Shown: positions 30,485-40,783 of the stretch, one piece after another
Layout: each line of letters begins with the position of its first letter
Numbering within the stretch: position 1 is the stretch's first letter
Origin: an uncultured delta proteobacterium
GTDB lineage: Bacteria; Desulfobacterota; RBG-13-43-22
Assembly: GCA_963790475.1 (NCBI GenBank)
Contig: CAWBOS010000012.1
Span: 1,344,001 to 1,408,000, forward strand
DNA: 64,000 bases
Reading direction: 5' to 3'
Made by a program: the position numbers and the translations under genes
Notes under the pieces: generated by a model
Database searches by the model: none
What the model was told of the DNA's origin: nothing
What the model saw: only the letters and a program-made list of their open reading frames with translations

Positions 30485-31591
30485 CTATAAGCTATCTCTT
30501 TTCGGAAGGGTCAACCGGAAGGTACTGCCTTTTCCAGGTGTGCTTTGGACTGAGATCGTTCCCCCATGGGCCGTCATGATCGCTCTGGCGATAGCCAAAC
30601 CAAGCCCTGACCCTTCTCCTTTTCTATCGAGGCGACAAAAGGCATCAAAAACGCAATGCAAATCTTTTTCATGAATTCCGATTCCGGTATCCGACACTTC
30701 AACCAGGATGTCTGTTTCTCTATTTTGAAGGTGGACGGTCACCCTTCCCCCCGGATTCGTGTATTTTATGGCGTTGTCCAATAAATTCGTGAGGACCCGG
30801 TCCATCAGAGCAGCATCGGCCGAGATAACCGGCAGGTTTCCCTGGGCATATTCAAAAACCAATTGGATATTTTTTTTGTCAGCAGCCACGCGCATTATTT
30901 CCATCTGTTTTTCAAGCGCTTCCTCGAGGTTATATGAATCCAGCACAGGGGAAAGGTCGCTTCTTTCAACCTTTGAGAAATCAAGAAAATCCGATACCAG
31001 ACGCTGCAATTTTCGGGTTTGTTCCATGATCATCCTTAGATAATCCTTTTGTTTTTCAGTCAAAGACCCCACCTTTTCGGAAAGCATTCGAAGTAAATAA
31101 CCCTCTCCGATCACGATGGGGTTTTTCATATCATGGGCAAACATGGATAAAAAATTTTCCCTTTCCCTTTCCGTCTTTTTGATTTCCGTGATGTCCCTGA
31201 AAAGCTCCACCCCTCCCATGAAATTGCCTGAATCGTCAAATAAGGGAAAAATGGTAAAGGACAGGGTAATCCATTCACCATCTTTTCGTTTAAGGACAGA
31301 TTCCGTGGCGATTGAAGCGGTTCGCTGCTCGAAGGCGTGGGTATATAGAGGACAGGATTTGGGGTCGGATGAACCGTGGATTATTCCGAGATGAGGCTTA
31401 CCGAGAATATCTTTTTTTAAAAAACCAGTGATCTTTTCGGCTGCGGGATTAAAATCCAAAATAAGACCATCCTGGCCAACCAAGGAAAAACCAATAGGCA
31501 GATTAGCGGCGATGGTTTCATAAATGGAGGAGGCCGACAAATGAGAGGCCTTGAGGAATAAAGGATGATTTTGATAATCTTTTGTTTTCAT
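30485..31591 (-). CDS. PAS sensor histidine kinase
   Basis: PAS, AHDMKNP, NAIKY, GSGLGL. Confidence 0.9.
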   Translation of the reverse strand: MKTKDYQNHPLFLKASHLSASSIYETIAANLPIGFSLVGQDGLILDFNPAAEKITGFLKKDILGKPHLGIIHGSSDPKSCPLYTHAFEQRTASIATESVLKRKDGEWITLSFTIFPLFDDSGNFMGGVELFRDITEIKKTERERENFLSMFAHDMKNPIVIGEGYLLRMLSEKVGSLTEKQKDYLRMIMEQTRKLQRLVSDFLDFSKVERSDLSPVLDSYNLEEALEKQMEIMRVAADKKNIQLVFEYAQGNLPVISADAALMDRVLTNLLDNAIKYTNPGGRVTVHLQNRETDILVEVSDTGIGIHEKDLHCVFDAFCRLDRKGEGSGLGLAIARAIMTAHGGTISVQSTPGKGSTFRLTLPKRDSL

Positions 31592-31649
31592 AATATTATT
31601 TTCTAAGACCCTCCGGGTTTTAATGATGCCTGTTCAATCTTCTTTAATA

Positions 31650-32993
31650 TCATTCTTTAGAGGACGCATCGAAGGACTGTTTTTGCCTTCCTATCTCGGA
31701 TTCCTCGGCCGGGTGCGGGGCTGTAATCGGTTCGCTTTGGTTGTTTCTGAATTTTTCTATGATTTCACGTACCGTCAAACCTTCTTCGGCACGGTAAATG
31801 TCTACAAAATGGTCTTTCAACATGTAAAAGGCAATCTCTCCAATCTTGGGGGTAAAAACAATATCCAGCCGGTGCTTGACGACGGCATTAATGACCTTGA
31901 TCCCCACATGAATTCGTTCTTTTTCTTTAATAAACTCATTGTAATAGAAATCTTCGATCTCCAGGCTGTTGTTATCCAGCTTGAGAATAATGAAATAAGG
32001 GGCTCTTCCGAAATGCCCATAGACCTTCGAATCCAGTCCATTGATATCCTCTACAGGGATTATGATCGACCTATCTGTTTGTTTAGACGGTTCTATGTGC
32101 ACGAAAACCGATTCAATCCCATCATAGGTTCTCGTCACCATTTCTTCCACCTGGTCTGCCAGCGCATGAGCCTTAAATACTGTTAAGGAAGGGCTGGTAG
32201 TGATGATACAATCTACCATCTTGAAGGGACCGAACTGCCGGATTTTAACTCCGCTTACCCCCTTGACTCCCTTTAAATTAAAGAGCTTTTTTCCAATCTC
32301 ATTTTGCATCTGTGGATCGAGATTGGCATCCATCAAGATGAGAATAGGTGTCCAGATGCTCTTTAGGCCGAGGCGGAGAATAAACAGGGCGATAAACATG
32401 ACCACCACACCTTCAATATAGGGAACTCTGAGGAAGGTTAAAAAGAGACCGAATAAAACGACCAGAGCGATACCTATATCCAGAAAAGATTCAGAGGCGT
32501 TGGCCAACAGGGCTTTGGAATTGATATCCTTCCCTGTTTCTCTTTCCTTTTTGGCAATGAAATAAGCCGCGATCAGAGAGAGAACGGTAACCGAAACCGG
32601 CAGGGTCGGAAAGCTATGCCAAGGCGGGATGAGGAATAATTTTTTATATCCCTGATAGAGATTCTCAAATCCGGCCAGGGTAATTAGCACTCCGATAACT
32701 AGGGTTACGAAAGTCTCAGCCCGGTATAACCCGTAAGGAAATTTTTTACTTTTTTTTGCCGAAGCCAACCAAAGCCCCAGCCAGGAAGCAAGGATGGCCA
32801 CCAAATCGACGCTGCTGTGAACGGCGTCGGCTATCAGGATTCTGGAGTCCGACAGATAGCCTATTAAATATTTTCCGATGGCCAGGAAAAAGACCAAAAA
32901 AGAGGCGGCCAAGGCCACCTTCTGACCTTGCTTAAGCCTGTCGGTATGGTTTCGGACAATATCCATTCTTTCGCTTGAACCCTGTTTATTCAC
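31650..32993 (-). CDS. Cation diffusion facilitator fused to a NifB/NifX domain
   Basis: ADAVHSSVD, FPYG, six TM helices, VHIEP, then HFGRAPYF. Confidence 0.85.
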   Translation of the reverse strand: MNKQGSSERMDIVRNHTDRLKQGQKVALAASFLVFFLAIGKYLIGYLSDSRILIADAVHSSVDLVAILASWLGLWLASAKKSKKFPYGLYRAETFVTLVIGVLITLAGFENLYQGYKKLFLIPPWHSFPTLPVSVTVLSLIAAYFIAKKERETGKDINSKALLANASESFLDIGIALVVLFGLFLTFLRVPYIEGVVVMFIALFILRLGLKSIWTPILILMDANLDPQMQNEIGKKLFNLKGVKGVSGVKIRQFGPFKMVDCIITTSPSLTVFKAHALADQVEEMVTRTYDGIESVFVHIEPSKQTDRSIIIPVEDINGLDSKVYGHFGRAPYFIILKLDNNSLEIEDFYYNEFIKEKERIHVGIKVINAVVKHRLDIVFTPKIGEIAFYMLKDHFVDIYRAEEGLTVREIIEKFRNNQSEPITAPHPAEESEIGRQKQSFDASSKE

Positions 32994-33210
32994 CTTTTAA
33001 AAATTGACGGGTCAGAGGGGACCCGCACTGAGGGCAGTTTCTCTGAAAACAAGGGATTCCTGGTTTATGGGGAACCACAAGACGGCACTGGGGACAGATG
33101 CAGTTCGTGGGGGGTCCTTCTGACCCAATGCCTCCGGGGCCCCTTCCGCCGCCAAACCCTCGTCCTTTACCTCCCCTTTGTCGCCCGCCCCCCCTGAGCA
33201 TAAAGGGCAT
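32986..33210 (-). CDS. Small Gly-rich Cys-cluster protein
   Basis: CICPQC..HKPGIPC..NCPQCG; paralog of 40503-40709. Confidence 0.7.
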   Translation of the reverse strand: MPFMLRGGGRQRGGKGRGFGGGRGPGGIGSEGPPTNCICPQCRLVVPHKPGIPCFQRNCPQCGSPLTRQFLKGE

Positions 33211-33231
33211 GATGACCTCCTGTCCGCACTT

Positions 33232-33996
33232 TCATTTAAAAAGACGGTTTTTATCTACGGTAAGATTAATCTTTTTAACATTTTTTTTGAAAAACTGCAT
33301 TCCGCCACCTTCGCTGACGATTTGTAATATCCTCTCACTATCAAGGACCTCGATGCCGGAAAGCAACGTTACCGGAGTATCCCGGAAGGCCTTTGGTAAA
33401 AAAGGGGTGGAGGCCCCTAACAGGACGACCTCACGACAAGAGGCCGCAGCCTTTAAAAGTTTTTCGAGGGTTTTATTAATTATGGTGGTAGAAGTGATCA
33501 GGGCAACGTGACAACGAGGAAGCCAATCAAGAGCAGCCTCCTCCGAGAGAATTCCCGGTAAATCCCATTGCTCAAAAATGTGCAGGTATTTTACTCTTTT
33601 TTTCAGTTCAGGAACCAATGGGGCAAAATTTCCCACCATCCCCACCGTATCCTCAGAGGTTAGGTTGAGGAATTTCAGGATATCCCCTTCCTGAGCCCCA
33701 CAGGGTTGATAGTTGGACAGGGCATTGACGGTTGCCAATCCCACCGCCGCCTCTATTTTCTCATCTGAATCAAGCAAAGGTAAAAGATCCCCAGCCTTCC
33801 TCCCGGCCAGGGGACGAAGCCCGTGAAATACGGAGCATCCTCCAGGTAAGTCCTGCCGGAAGGTAAAGGCCACGCCGGTCCGTCCGGATTCGAGCTGCAC
33901 CGCCGTGTATCCCAGGCCGATACGCACATCTTTAACCCGATCTTCCCTGCCGCTTTCCTGCAGGGTTTGAATGATCTTTTTCGGAATGTCTGCCAT
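33232..33996 (-). CDS. DUF364 family protein
   Basis: RIGLGYTAV, GLATVNA, VGMVGNF, ITSTTIINKT. Confidence 0.8.
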   Translation of the reverse strand: MADIPKKIIQTLQESGREDRVKDVRIGLGYTAVQLESGRTGVAFTFRQDLPGGCSVFHGLRPLAGRKAGDLLPLLDSDEKIEAAVGLATVNALSNYQPCGAQEGDILKFLNLTSEDTVGMVGNFAPLVPELKKRVKYLHIFEQWDLPGILSEEAALDWLPRCHVALITSTTIINKTLEKLLKAAASCREVVLLGASTPFLPKAFRDTPVTLLSGIEVLDSERILQIVSEGGGMQFFKKNVKKINLTVDKNRLFK

Positions 33997-33998
33997 AT

Positions 33999-34130
33999 TT
34001 ATTCTCCGGCCCCTTTTCCTAGGTTCGAAACCAATTCCTGAAGACGTTCTTCCGCCTCCTGGACCATCTGCCTGAAAAGGTGGGCTATGGTCATTTCCTC
34101 CTTAATCAAAGCCGCTGCCTGCCCCATCAG
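33999..34130 (-). pseudogene. C-terminal remnant resembling nitronate monooxygenase/FabK
   Basis: LMGQAAALIKEEMTIAHLFRQMVQEAEE; no N-terminus present. Confidence 0.5.
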
Positions 34131-34689
34131 CGAATTCATCGTCAAAAGCAGCACTGAGAAGCTTTGGTACCATCTCGACGATATGAACTTTGACTGAGGA
34201 GTTGCGGGCCAATTCGTCCGCAAATTTCACACCTATAAAACCTCCTCCGAGGATGACCACTTGCTTTGCCTTTTGCGCCCTTTCCCGTAGAGCCGTCATG
34301 GCCGAAAGGCTTTTTTCAATGGCAAAGACGCCATCTCTCTCAACACCAGGGATAGGAGGAACAGCAGGCTTGCTCCCGGTGGCCAGGACGAGCCTCTCAT
34401 AATTGAGTTCCTGTTTCGATTCCAACGTAAGCTTTGAAGCTGCTGTATCCAGGGAAATCGCCTTGCTGATCATGATTTCTATGCCCGCCTTCTCTAAAGG
34501 CGCCATACCCATGATGTTCTGGGCCGGGTCAGACAGGGTGTGCATCATGTAAGGAATGGCACAGGGTATTACGCCATCGGCGATCTCCTTGATAACACAA
34601 ACTGACTTGTCGGGATAAACACTTTTAGCTGTAAGGGCCGTGATAACCCCCGCAGGTCCTCCACCAACGATGATAATATTGTAGTTCAT
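34102..34689 (-). pseudogene. Truncated FAD-dependent pyridine nucleotide-disulfide oxidoreductase
   Basis: GGGPAG, PCAIPY, LATGS, GGGFIG; ends at 195 aa, family is usually about 450 aa. Confidence 0.75.
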
Positions 34690-34812
34690 AATATTTCCCT
34701 TTTAGCTTTTTTATAAAACGATAAAAATCAAGATTTAAAAGTTAAAGATTTTAACCTCGGCAGACAGATTTATTAAATTAACCGAATGGATGGGCACCCT
34801 CCTTCATTCAAC

Positions 34813-35511
34813 TTAAATCTCCACCGCATCTCCTACCTTGAGAGGCAGAAAGTTCTCTCTAAAAGCCTGTTTGAAGTATTCTTGTGCCTCCGGGCCGGTA
34901 CAATGACAGGGGGCCACCCGCTTAACGCCGAGCCTTCGAAATTGATCGATAATGTTTTTTATTTTATGGGGTTGAGCTCCAAATAAATGAAATCCCCCCA
35001 TCACCAGATCTATCGGTCCTTCGATAAGAGAGGCCGCCCTTTGAACCCAGTGATCCACACCACCATGGGTACAGCCGAACAACAGGGACCAGCCTTGCTG
35101 TCCCTTAATCATCAAAGCCTGTTCGAGGAATCCGCCTTCGCCATTGACCAACCGGTGAATCCCTGGCAAAATTTCGCCTGTTTGTTTGTGGTTTGACGAA
35201 AGGTGAAAACCGTGATCCTGGAGCTGACGGCTAAGAATTGGGTCCAGCAACCCCGGTAACATCATGACTTCAGGGGATGTCTCTTCCAAGGCCATAATTC
35301 CTCTGGTGTGATCAAAATGACCATGGGATAGAAATATTTTTTTTATGCTCTGACGAGAGATATTCAACGTTTTAAGATTATTTCGGAGCTTATCCGGGTC
35401 CTCTCCTGTGTCGAACAAAATTTCAGGTTCATGAAGGAAACAGGAAAACCCCCAGCCCACCAGACAGCCGGAATTCGAAGTCGTTCCATCAAAAACAACG
35501 GTAAGCTTCAT
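34813..35511 (-). CDS. MBL-fold metallo-hydrolase
   Basis: LFDTG, LSHGHFDH, GCTHGG, GGFHL, PCHCTG. Confidence 0.88.
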   Translation of the reverse strand: MKLTVVFDGTTSNSGCLVGWGFSCFLHEPEILFDTGEDPDKLRNNLKTLNISRQSIKKIFLSHGHFDHTRGIMALEETSPEVMMLPGLLDPILSRQLQDHGFHLSSNHKQTGEILPGIHRLVNGEGGFLEQALMIKGQQGWSLLFGCTHGGVDHWVQRAASLIEGPIDLVMGGFHLFGAQPHKIKNIIDQFRRLGVKRVAPCHCTGPEAQEYFKQAFRENFLPLKVGDAVEI

Positions 35512-35574
35512 AGGGTTAAATAAGAAGAACCTCGGCGGAAAAGCACGAGGTTCTTCAGGGTAGGTGGTTAGTCA

Positions 35575-35904
35575 CTATTTAACATTTTGTTTTTCCAATT
35601 TTCCCAATCGTCGCTCAATAGAGTTGAGGACGTCCCTCAACGAAGAAGCCTCTTCTTTCACTTGAGAAGCTTCTTCTTCGCTGGTTGGGTTATAAGACGG
35701 AAAGAATCCCCGTCTCGCCCAGGGCCTTAAAAAATAACCCCCTAAACCTAAACCCATACCCAGAAGGCCTCGTCCCATTCCCCGGCCTCTTCCAAACCAA
35801 CCGGCACCAGCCGGGTTACGGAGAGCACCGGTACCGCAAAAACCGCGGCCTCCTCCTGTTTTTGGTCCCATTCCAGTGGGACCCGTTCGATCAAAACCTG
35901 GCAT
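35575..35904 (-). CDS. DUF5320-like protein
   Basis: MPGFDRTGPTGMGPKTGGGRGFC, Gly/Arg-rich linker, C-terminal coiled coil; RBS GGAGG. Confidence 0.8.
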   Translation of the reverse strand: MPGFDRTGPTGMGPKTGGGRGFCGTGALRNPAGAGWFGRGRGMGRGLLGMGLGLGGYFLRPWARRGFFPSYNPTSEEEASQVKEEASSLRDVLNSIERRLGKLEKQNVK

Positions 35905-36129
35905 AATGCATTCCTCCTTCTTTTTGCAAGGAGGATTATCTGATCCTCCCCACACAGTGAAAAATGTTACTGTCCGCAACAATGGTCGGTTGCGCACAGG
36001 GCGAACATTGACCACAACGATAAGGGTGAGGCACACAGGGCGAAAAGGCTTAAATGAAATTCAAAGAGTGTTTATCCCGTGTCGCCTCGGCCGCTTGTTA
36101 GCTGAATTTGTATGGACCTTAGTAAACAG

Positions 36130-36591
36130 CTATCGCCTTCTCCAGCCGCTCCAAGAAGGAAAACCGTTTTCATCCCGAAGTTTGAGTATTTCATCTCCTT
36201 TTTTAACTTCTGAAGCGATAATGGCTGGCTTACCTTCAAAGGTAATTCGTGAACCTTTGACCTCAACTTTGTCTTTCGGCAAGATCTTAATGTCCTGGTT
36301 TTCAATAAACCATCCTGGCCCCATATGAACAGATATTGTTCCCTTGTCGGTTTTTACAGTCATGTGAACACCGTAGGACATACCCTTTATTGGAGTAATT
36401 TTGTCAACCCTGATCACCTCTCCGCTGACGGTCTCAACGGTTTTCGGATTATACATTTTGCTGTAGGCAGTTCCCATCCCCCAGCCACCGTTGCCTTTCC
36501 ACCCCATCCCTCTTTGAGCAAAAGATTCGGTAGCGATAAGAAGGACGAGAATGGAAATTACCACTGCCAAAATTCCAGCATTCTTTTTCAT
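36130..36591 (-). CDS. Exported OB-fold-like protein
   Basis: Signal peptide; YNPKTVETVSG, VHMGPGWF, LRDENGFPSW. Confidence 0.7.
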   Translation of the reverse strand: MKKNAGILAVVISILVLLIATESFAQRGMGWKGNGGWGMGTAYSKMYNPKTVETVSGEVIRVDKITPIKGMSYGVHMTVKTDKGTISVHMGPGWFIENQDIKILPKDKVEVKGSRITFEGKPAIIASEVKKGDEILKLRDENGFPSWSGWRRR

Positions 36592-36632
36592 TTTAACCTC
36601 CTCTCTGTTGATAACTTTTGTCCACCTGATGT

Positions 36633-36797
36633 TCAGCTAACAAGGTGTATTTCTCCTGATCGGTGCGCAGTCATGCTGATCAGCCTTTTCATCTTTCCCT
36701 GGTTGGTAGGGCAAATGCTCAGGGGGAGATGGTCATGTTTTTCTAAGCGTTCTATAATTGTCCCGCATTTTAAATAGCCATATTCATATATCGGCAC
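36633..36797 (-). CDS. Degenerate FmdB-family zinc-ribbon protein (54 aa; not in the ORF track)
   Basis: GTG start, MPIYEYGYLKCG...ICPTNQGKMKRLIS; two of the four Cys are replaced. Confidence 0.55.
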   Translation of the reverse strand: MPIYEYGYLKCGTIIERLEKHDHLPLSICPTNQGKMKRLISMTAHRSGEIHLVS

Positions 36798-37238
36798 CTA
36801 AACTTCCTTTCGAGTCCTTTTGATAAAACCTTCAATAGCTTGACGCAGTGCGTCGCGGGCCAGAATGGCGCAATGCTGATGATCAGCCGGAAACACCGGC
36901 AGACTCTTGGCAATCTCTTTTTCATCAATATCCCAGGCTTCTTCCAACTCTTTCCCTTTGGCCAGGGCCGCGGCAATCGAGGCGCAGGCCCGGCTGACGG
37001 CACAGCCATTGACTTGAAATCGGGATTCAATAATCTTATTCCCTTCAACCCTTAAAGAGATCTCCATGGTATCACCGCAGGGACCGGTTACTTTTCCCAC
37101 ACTGTCCGGGTGATCCAAAATCCCTTCGTTATGAGGACCTAGCCAGAATTGGACAACCGGCCGGCATGAATCTTTTGTTGAATTGTCTTCTTGTGCCGCT
37201 CCAGGATGGGAAGAAAACCGGCTCGTCGCTATTGACAT
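36798..37238 (-). CDS. NifU/IscU-like Fe-S scaffold
   Basis: TGPCGDTM, GCAVSRACAS, HQHCAIL. Confidence 0.85.
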   Translation of the reverse strand: MSIATSRFSSHPGAAQEDNSTKDSCRPVVQFWLGPHNEGILDHPDSVGKVTGPCGDTMEISLRVEGNKIIESRFQVNGCAVSRACASIAAALAKGKELEEAWDIDEKEIAKSLPVFPADHQHCAILARDALRQAIEGFIKRTRKEV

Positions 37239-37259
37239 TTTTTTGGTTCCTTAGTTAAT

Positions 37260-38136
37260 TTATTCCTTGAAAAATTTTTCTTGAACTCTATCCCAAATCT
37301 TTTCGATTTCTCCCCCCAGGCCGCTCCCGTTCATTTCCGGAATGGTTTTTCCCTGGATCATGGCCTCAGTTACCACCGGGTCATAAGGGAGACGCCCGGC
37401 CAATCCAAGTCCTCTTTCTCGGCAATAGGTTTCAATTCGGTCGGTCATTTCCTGGTTCAGGTCATATTTGTTGATCAGGACCATTCCCGGGATATTGAAG
37501 TGACCGGCCAGATCGAGCACCCGGTTCAGATCATGCAGTCCGGAGAGAGTCGGTTCAGTGACGATCAAAACCCCATCCGCACCGGTGAGCGAGGAAATGA
37601 CCGGACAGCCAATACCCGGGGGGCCATCCACTAAAATCAAAGGCAGTCCTTTGGCCTCGGCTATTTCCTGGGCTTTGCCGCGAATCAGGGCTACTAGTAA
37701 TCCTGAATTTTCCTGTCCTGCACCCAACTGGGCATGGACCATGGGCCCGAAACGCGTTTCGGAAACAAACCATTCGCCGCATTGCGCTAAAGGGAAATCA
37801 ATGGCCCCGAAAGAACAAAAACGGACACACACGCCGCAGCCTTCGCAGGAGATCGGGTCTACCTGAAAGTCTTCGCTGATGGCTTCAAAACGGCACACTT
37901 CCCGACATCGACCACAATCGGTGCATAGTTCGGGGTGGACGACTGCCTTTCGTCCCCCCATGAACGCTTCCCTGCTTTGGACCTTGGGGGCAGAGCAACA
38001 AATGCAGATCCGGAGCGTCGACATCACAATCAACAAGGATTTTATTTGGGACTAAGGCGGCCAAGGCACCCACCAGGCTGGTTTTCCCGGTGCCACCTTT
38101 ACCGCTTAACACACATAATTCTTTTGTTTTACTCAT
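37260..38136 (-). CDS. MinD-like P-loop ATPase with ferredoxin insert; frameshift near 37988
   Basis: SGKGGTGKT/DCDVDAPDL joins CTDCGRC, CEGCGVC, DGPPGIGCPV if one base of a homopolymer run is removed. Confidence 0.8.
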
Positions 38137-38184
38137 AAGGTCTTTTTTGTTTAAGTATGCTGTTAATACAACTATTCTTATATC

Positions 38185-38258
38185 CCTCCCCACTTCCCTT
38201 TTTCAAAGGGAGGAGAAAATCCTCCCCCTTTGGGAAAGGGGGATTGAAAGGGATTTTG
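38185..38258. repeat. Palindromic intergenic repeat (CCCTTT..AAAGGG type)
   Basis: Two nested hairpins, ccctttttcaaaggg and cccctttgggaaagggg. Confidence 0.55.
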
Positions 38259-38271
38259 GGTTATATCCGTT

Positions 38272-39123
38272 TTATGATTTTTCTATCTGTCCCTTAATTT
38301 CCAAATAAAGTTTCTGAAATTGATCCCTTAACTCCGGTCGTATTTCAACAAGCGATTGTCCTTTGGCATAACCTTCGGCAATCCGGCGCTCAAAAGGTAT
38401 CTCCATCAGTAAAGGGATCCCCTGCGATTGCAGATAGGTCTGGACCTGTTTGTCCCCGATATCAGCCCGATTCAGGATCACGCCGCAGGGAATATTCAGA
38501 GTTCCCAGAGACGCTACGGCCAGCTTCAAGTCACATAGCCCGAAAGGGGTGGGTTCGGTCACCAGGATGGTGTAATCCGAGCCTTTGACGGTCTGAATGA
38601 CCGGACAGGAGGTTCCCGGCGGGGCATCCAGGATGGCCAGAGCGTCATTTTTTATACGTTTTTTAACCTCCCGGATCAAAGGGGGGGACATGGGTTCCCC
38701 GACGCGTAACCGGCCTTGGACAAAATGAACAGGTCCGGCCCAGCCTTCTTCTATTTCTCCCAATTCTTTCATGTCCGGTAGCAAGGCCTTTGGCTCACAG
38801 ACCAGAAAACACCCTCCACAGGCATGGCACATTTCAGGGAAGGTAAGGATCGTTTCTTTCCCTAACACCAGGATGGCCTTGAATTGGCAGAGCTGGGAAC
38901 AAGCCCGGCAATAGGTGCATTTTTTTTCATCGACCCTCGGGACCTGGAGATAAATCGTCTCTTTTTTTTCCCATCGGGTCTTCATGAAAATATGGCCGTT
39001 GGGGGCCTCCACATCACAATCCAGGAGTTGGACCGGTTCCTTTACAGACAAGGCCAGGGCTACGGCCACACTGGTCTTGCCTGTTCCTCCTTTGCCGCTG
39101 GCGACACTAATGATCACAGACAT
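38272..39123 (-). CDS. MinD-like P-loop ATPase with ferredoxin insert
   Basis: SGKGGTGKT, DCDVEAPN, CTYCRAC, CHACGGC, DAPPGTSCP. Confidence 0.88.
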   Translation of the reverse strand: MSVIISVASGKGGTGKTSVAVALALSVKEPVQLLDCDVEAPNGHIFMKTRWEKKETIYLQVPRVDEKKCTYCRACSQLCQFKAILVLGKETILTFPEMCHACGGCFLVCEPKALLPDMKELGEIEEGWAGPVHFVQGRLRVGEPMSPPLIREVKKRIKNDALAILDAPPGTSCPVIQTVKGSDYTILVTEPTPFGLCDLKLAVASLGTLNIPCGVILNRADIGDKQVQTYLQSQGIPLLMEIPFERRIAEGYAKGQSLVEIRPELRDQFQKLYLEIKGQIEKS

Positions 39124-40354
39124 TATCTCCGGTAATCAGGGTTTGATTCACATAATGGGCAATCAATTCTTCCGGACCCAGTTGAGGGGCTCCGGTCAAC
39201 ACCTTGATCCCCCGTTCATTAAAGAGGCTGACCGCCCTTTGGCCCATGCCCCCGGCGATAATCAGGTCAACCCCCTTTTCTCCCAGCCAACGGGGAAGGA
39301 GACCTGGTTCATGGGGAGGAGGGGTAATCATAACTTTTTGGATAATGTTTTTTCCTTGCAAATCAATGAGGGCAAATTGTTCGCAATGACCAAAGTGATT
39401 ACAAAGCATCCCCTCGGCCATGGGGATGGCGATCTTTACACTGTCAGACGTTGTATTGATAGAATTCATTATAGGTAAGACCTCCGTTATGGGTTGTAGG
39501 ACTTTTATTTGACTTTGGTTGGCGCTGGTTATTATTTTTTCAATAATTCCATCCAGGGCCTCTTTGACCGCAGGTGAAGGATTATGGAAGAGATAGGCCT
39601 CTCCCCGGTCTCCCATTTCCATCAGGCGGATATCAAAAGGAATGCTTCCCAAGAAAGGGACCTTCATGGAGACGGCTGTTCGTTTTCCCCCGTCTTTTTT
39701 AAAGATGGCCGATTCCTGACCGCAGTGGGGGCAGATGTATCCGCTCATGTTTTCCACCAATCCCATAATGGGCATATCGACCTGACGACAAAAATTGATG
39801 GACTTGCGCACGTCGGACAGGGAGATTTCCTGAGGCGTGGTGACGATGACCGCCTGGGCATCGGGTATGGTCTGGGCTACGGTCAGGGGTTCATCGCCGG
39901 TCCCCGGGGGTGAATCAATAATCAGGAAATCCAGGTCTCCCCAGATCACATCGGCTATAAATTGCCGGATGACCCCGATCTTCAGAGGACCCCGCCAGAT
40001 GGTCGGGGAATCCTTGTCAGGCATCAGCACTTCAATGGAAATCACCTTCAAATGATCATTGACGGGAATGGGAAAAATCCCATCTCTTTGTTGAAGGGGG
40101 GTCTGCTGCATAAGGCCGAGCATTCTTGGGATGCTCGGCCCATGCAGGTCCACATCCATAAGGCCAATCTTATAGCCTTTTAAAGATAATCCGGCGGCCA
40201 GGTTTACGGCCAGGCTGCTTTTCCCGACGCCTCCCTTGCCACTCATGACCAATAATTTGTGTTTAATGCGGGATAATGATTTAGCTATAGAGGCATCCTC
40301 CGCCCTCTGAGATTCATTCCCTGCATTAGAACCGTGTGCACAACTGCTGCTCAT
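39107..40354 (-). CDS. mrp: Mrp/NBP35 Fe-S carrier ATPase fused to a NifB/NifX domain (MrpORP-like)
   Basis: GKGGVGKS, WRGP, DSPPGTGD, ENMSGYICPHC, then HFGHCEQF...GDNVCDH. Confidence 0.9.
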   Translation of the reverse strand: MSSSCAHGSNAGNESQRAEDASIAKSLSRIKHKLLVMSGKGGVGKSSLAVNLAAGLSLKGYKIGLMDVDLHGPSIPRMLGLMQQTPLQQRDGIFPIPVNDHLKVISIEVLMPDKDSPTIWRGPLKIGVIRQFIADVIWGDLDFLIIDSPPGTGDEPLTVAQTIPDAQAVIVTTPQEISLSDVRKSINFCRQVDMPIMGLVENMSGYICPHCGQESAIFKKDGGKRTAVSMKVPFLGSIPFDIRLMEMGDRGEAYLFHNPSPAVKEALDGIIEKIITSANQSQIKVLQPITEVLPIMNSINTTSDSVKIAIPMAEGMLCNHFGHCEQFALIDLQGKNIIQKVMITPPPHEPGLLPRWLGEKGVDLIIAGGMGQRAVSLFNERGIKVLTGAPQLGPEELIAHYVNQTLITGDNVCDH

Positions 40355-40502
40355 AACTGAAACTCCTTTCAATTTTTCTTAGTGATAGATTTTTTTGAAT
40401 TATCATGTTTGGTTGAGTCCCACCCAGGGCGGAGTGAGAGGTGGCCCCTCCATGAGCGGGACTCATCCGGCGTTTGCCGGAAGGATATTTCTTTCTTTAA
40501 AG

Positions 40503-40709
40503 CTATCCCCGAACCATGGTGGTGCCGCATTTGGAACACGCTATGGTGTTGCAGGGCACTCCCCGGGCATGGGGGCTTTTATTGCCGCATTTGGGACAAA
40601 TACAATTTCCACCAGCACCCATGCCGGCACCTCCCCCCATTCCTCGTCCTGATCCGAGGCCTCCCCCAGAACCTTTTCCGGCCGGGCCGGTACCATCTCT
40701 TCTTGGCAT
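40503..40709 (-). CDS. Small Gly-rich Cys-cluster protein
   Basis: MPRRDGTGP, CICPKC..HARGVPC..CSKCG; RBS AGGAGG. Confidence 0.75.
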   Translation of the reverse strand: MPRRDGTGPAGKGSGGGLGSGRGMGGGAGMGAGGNCICPKCGNKSPHARGVPCNTIACSKCGTTMVRG

Positions 40710-40783
40710 AATTCCTCCTGTCTTCTATGATTCTTTAATGTTTTTTTCTTTTTTAATTCCACAATCCGAAATCCGAAATTTTA

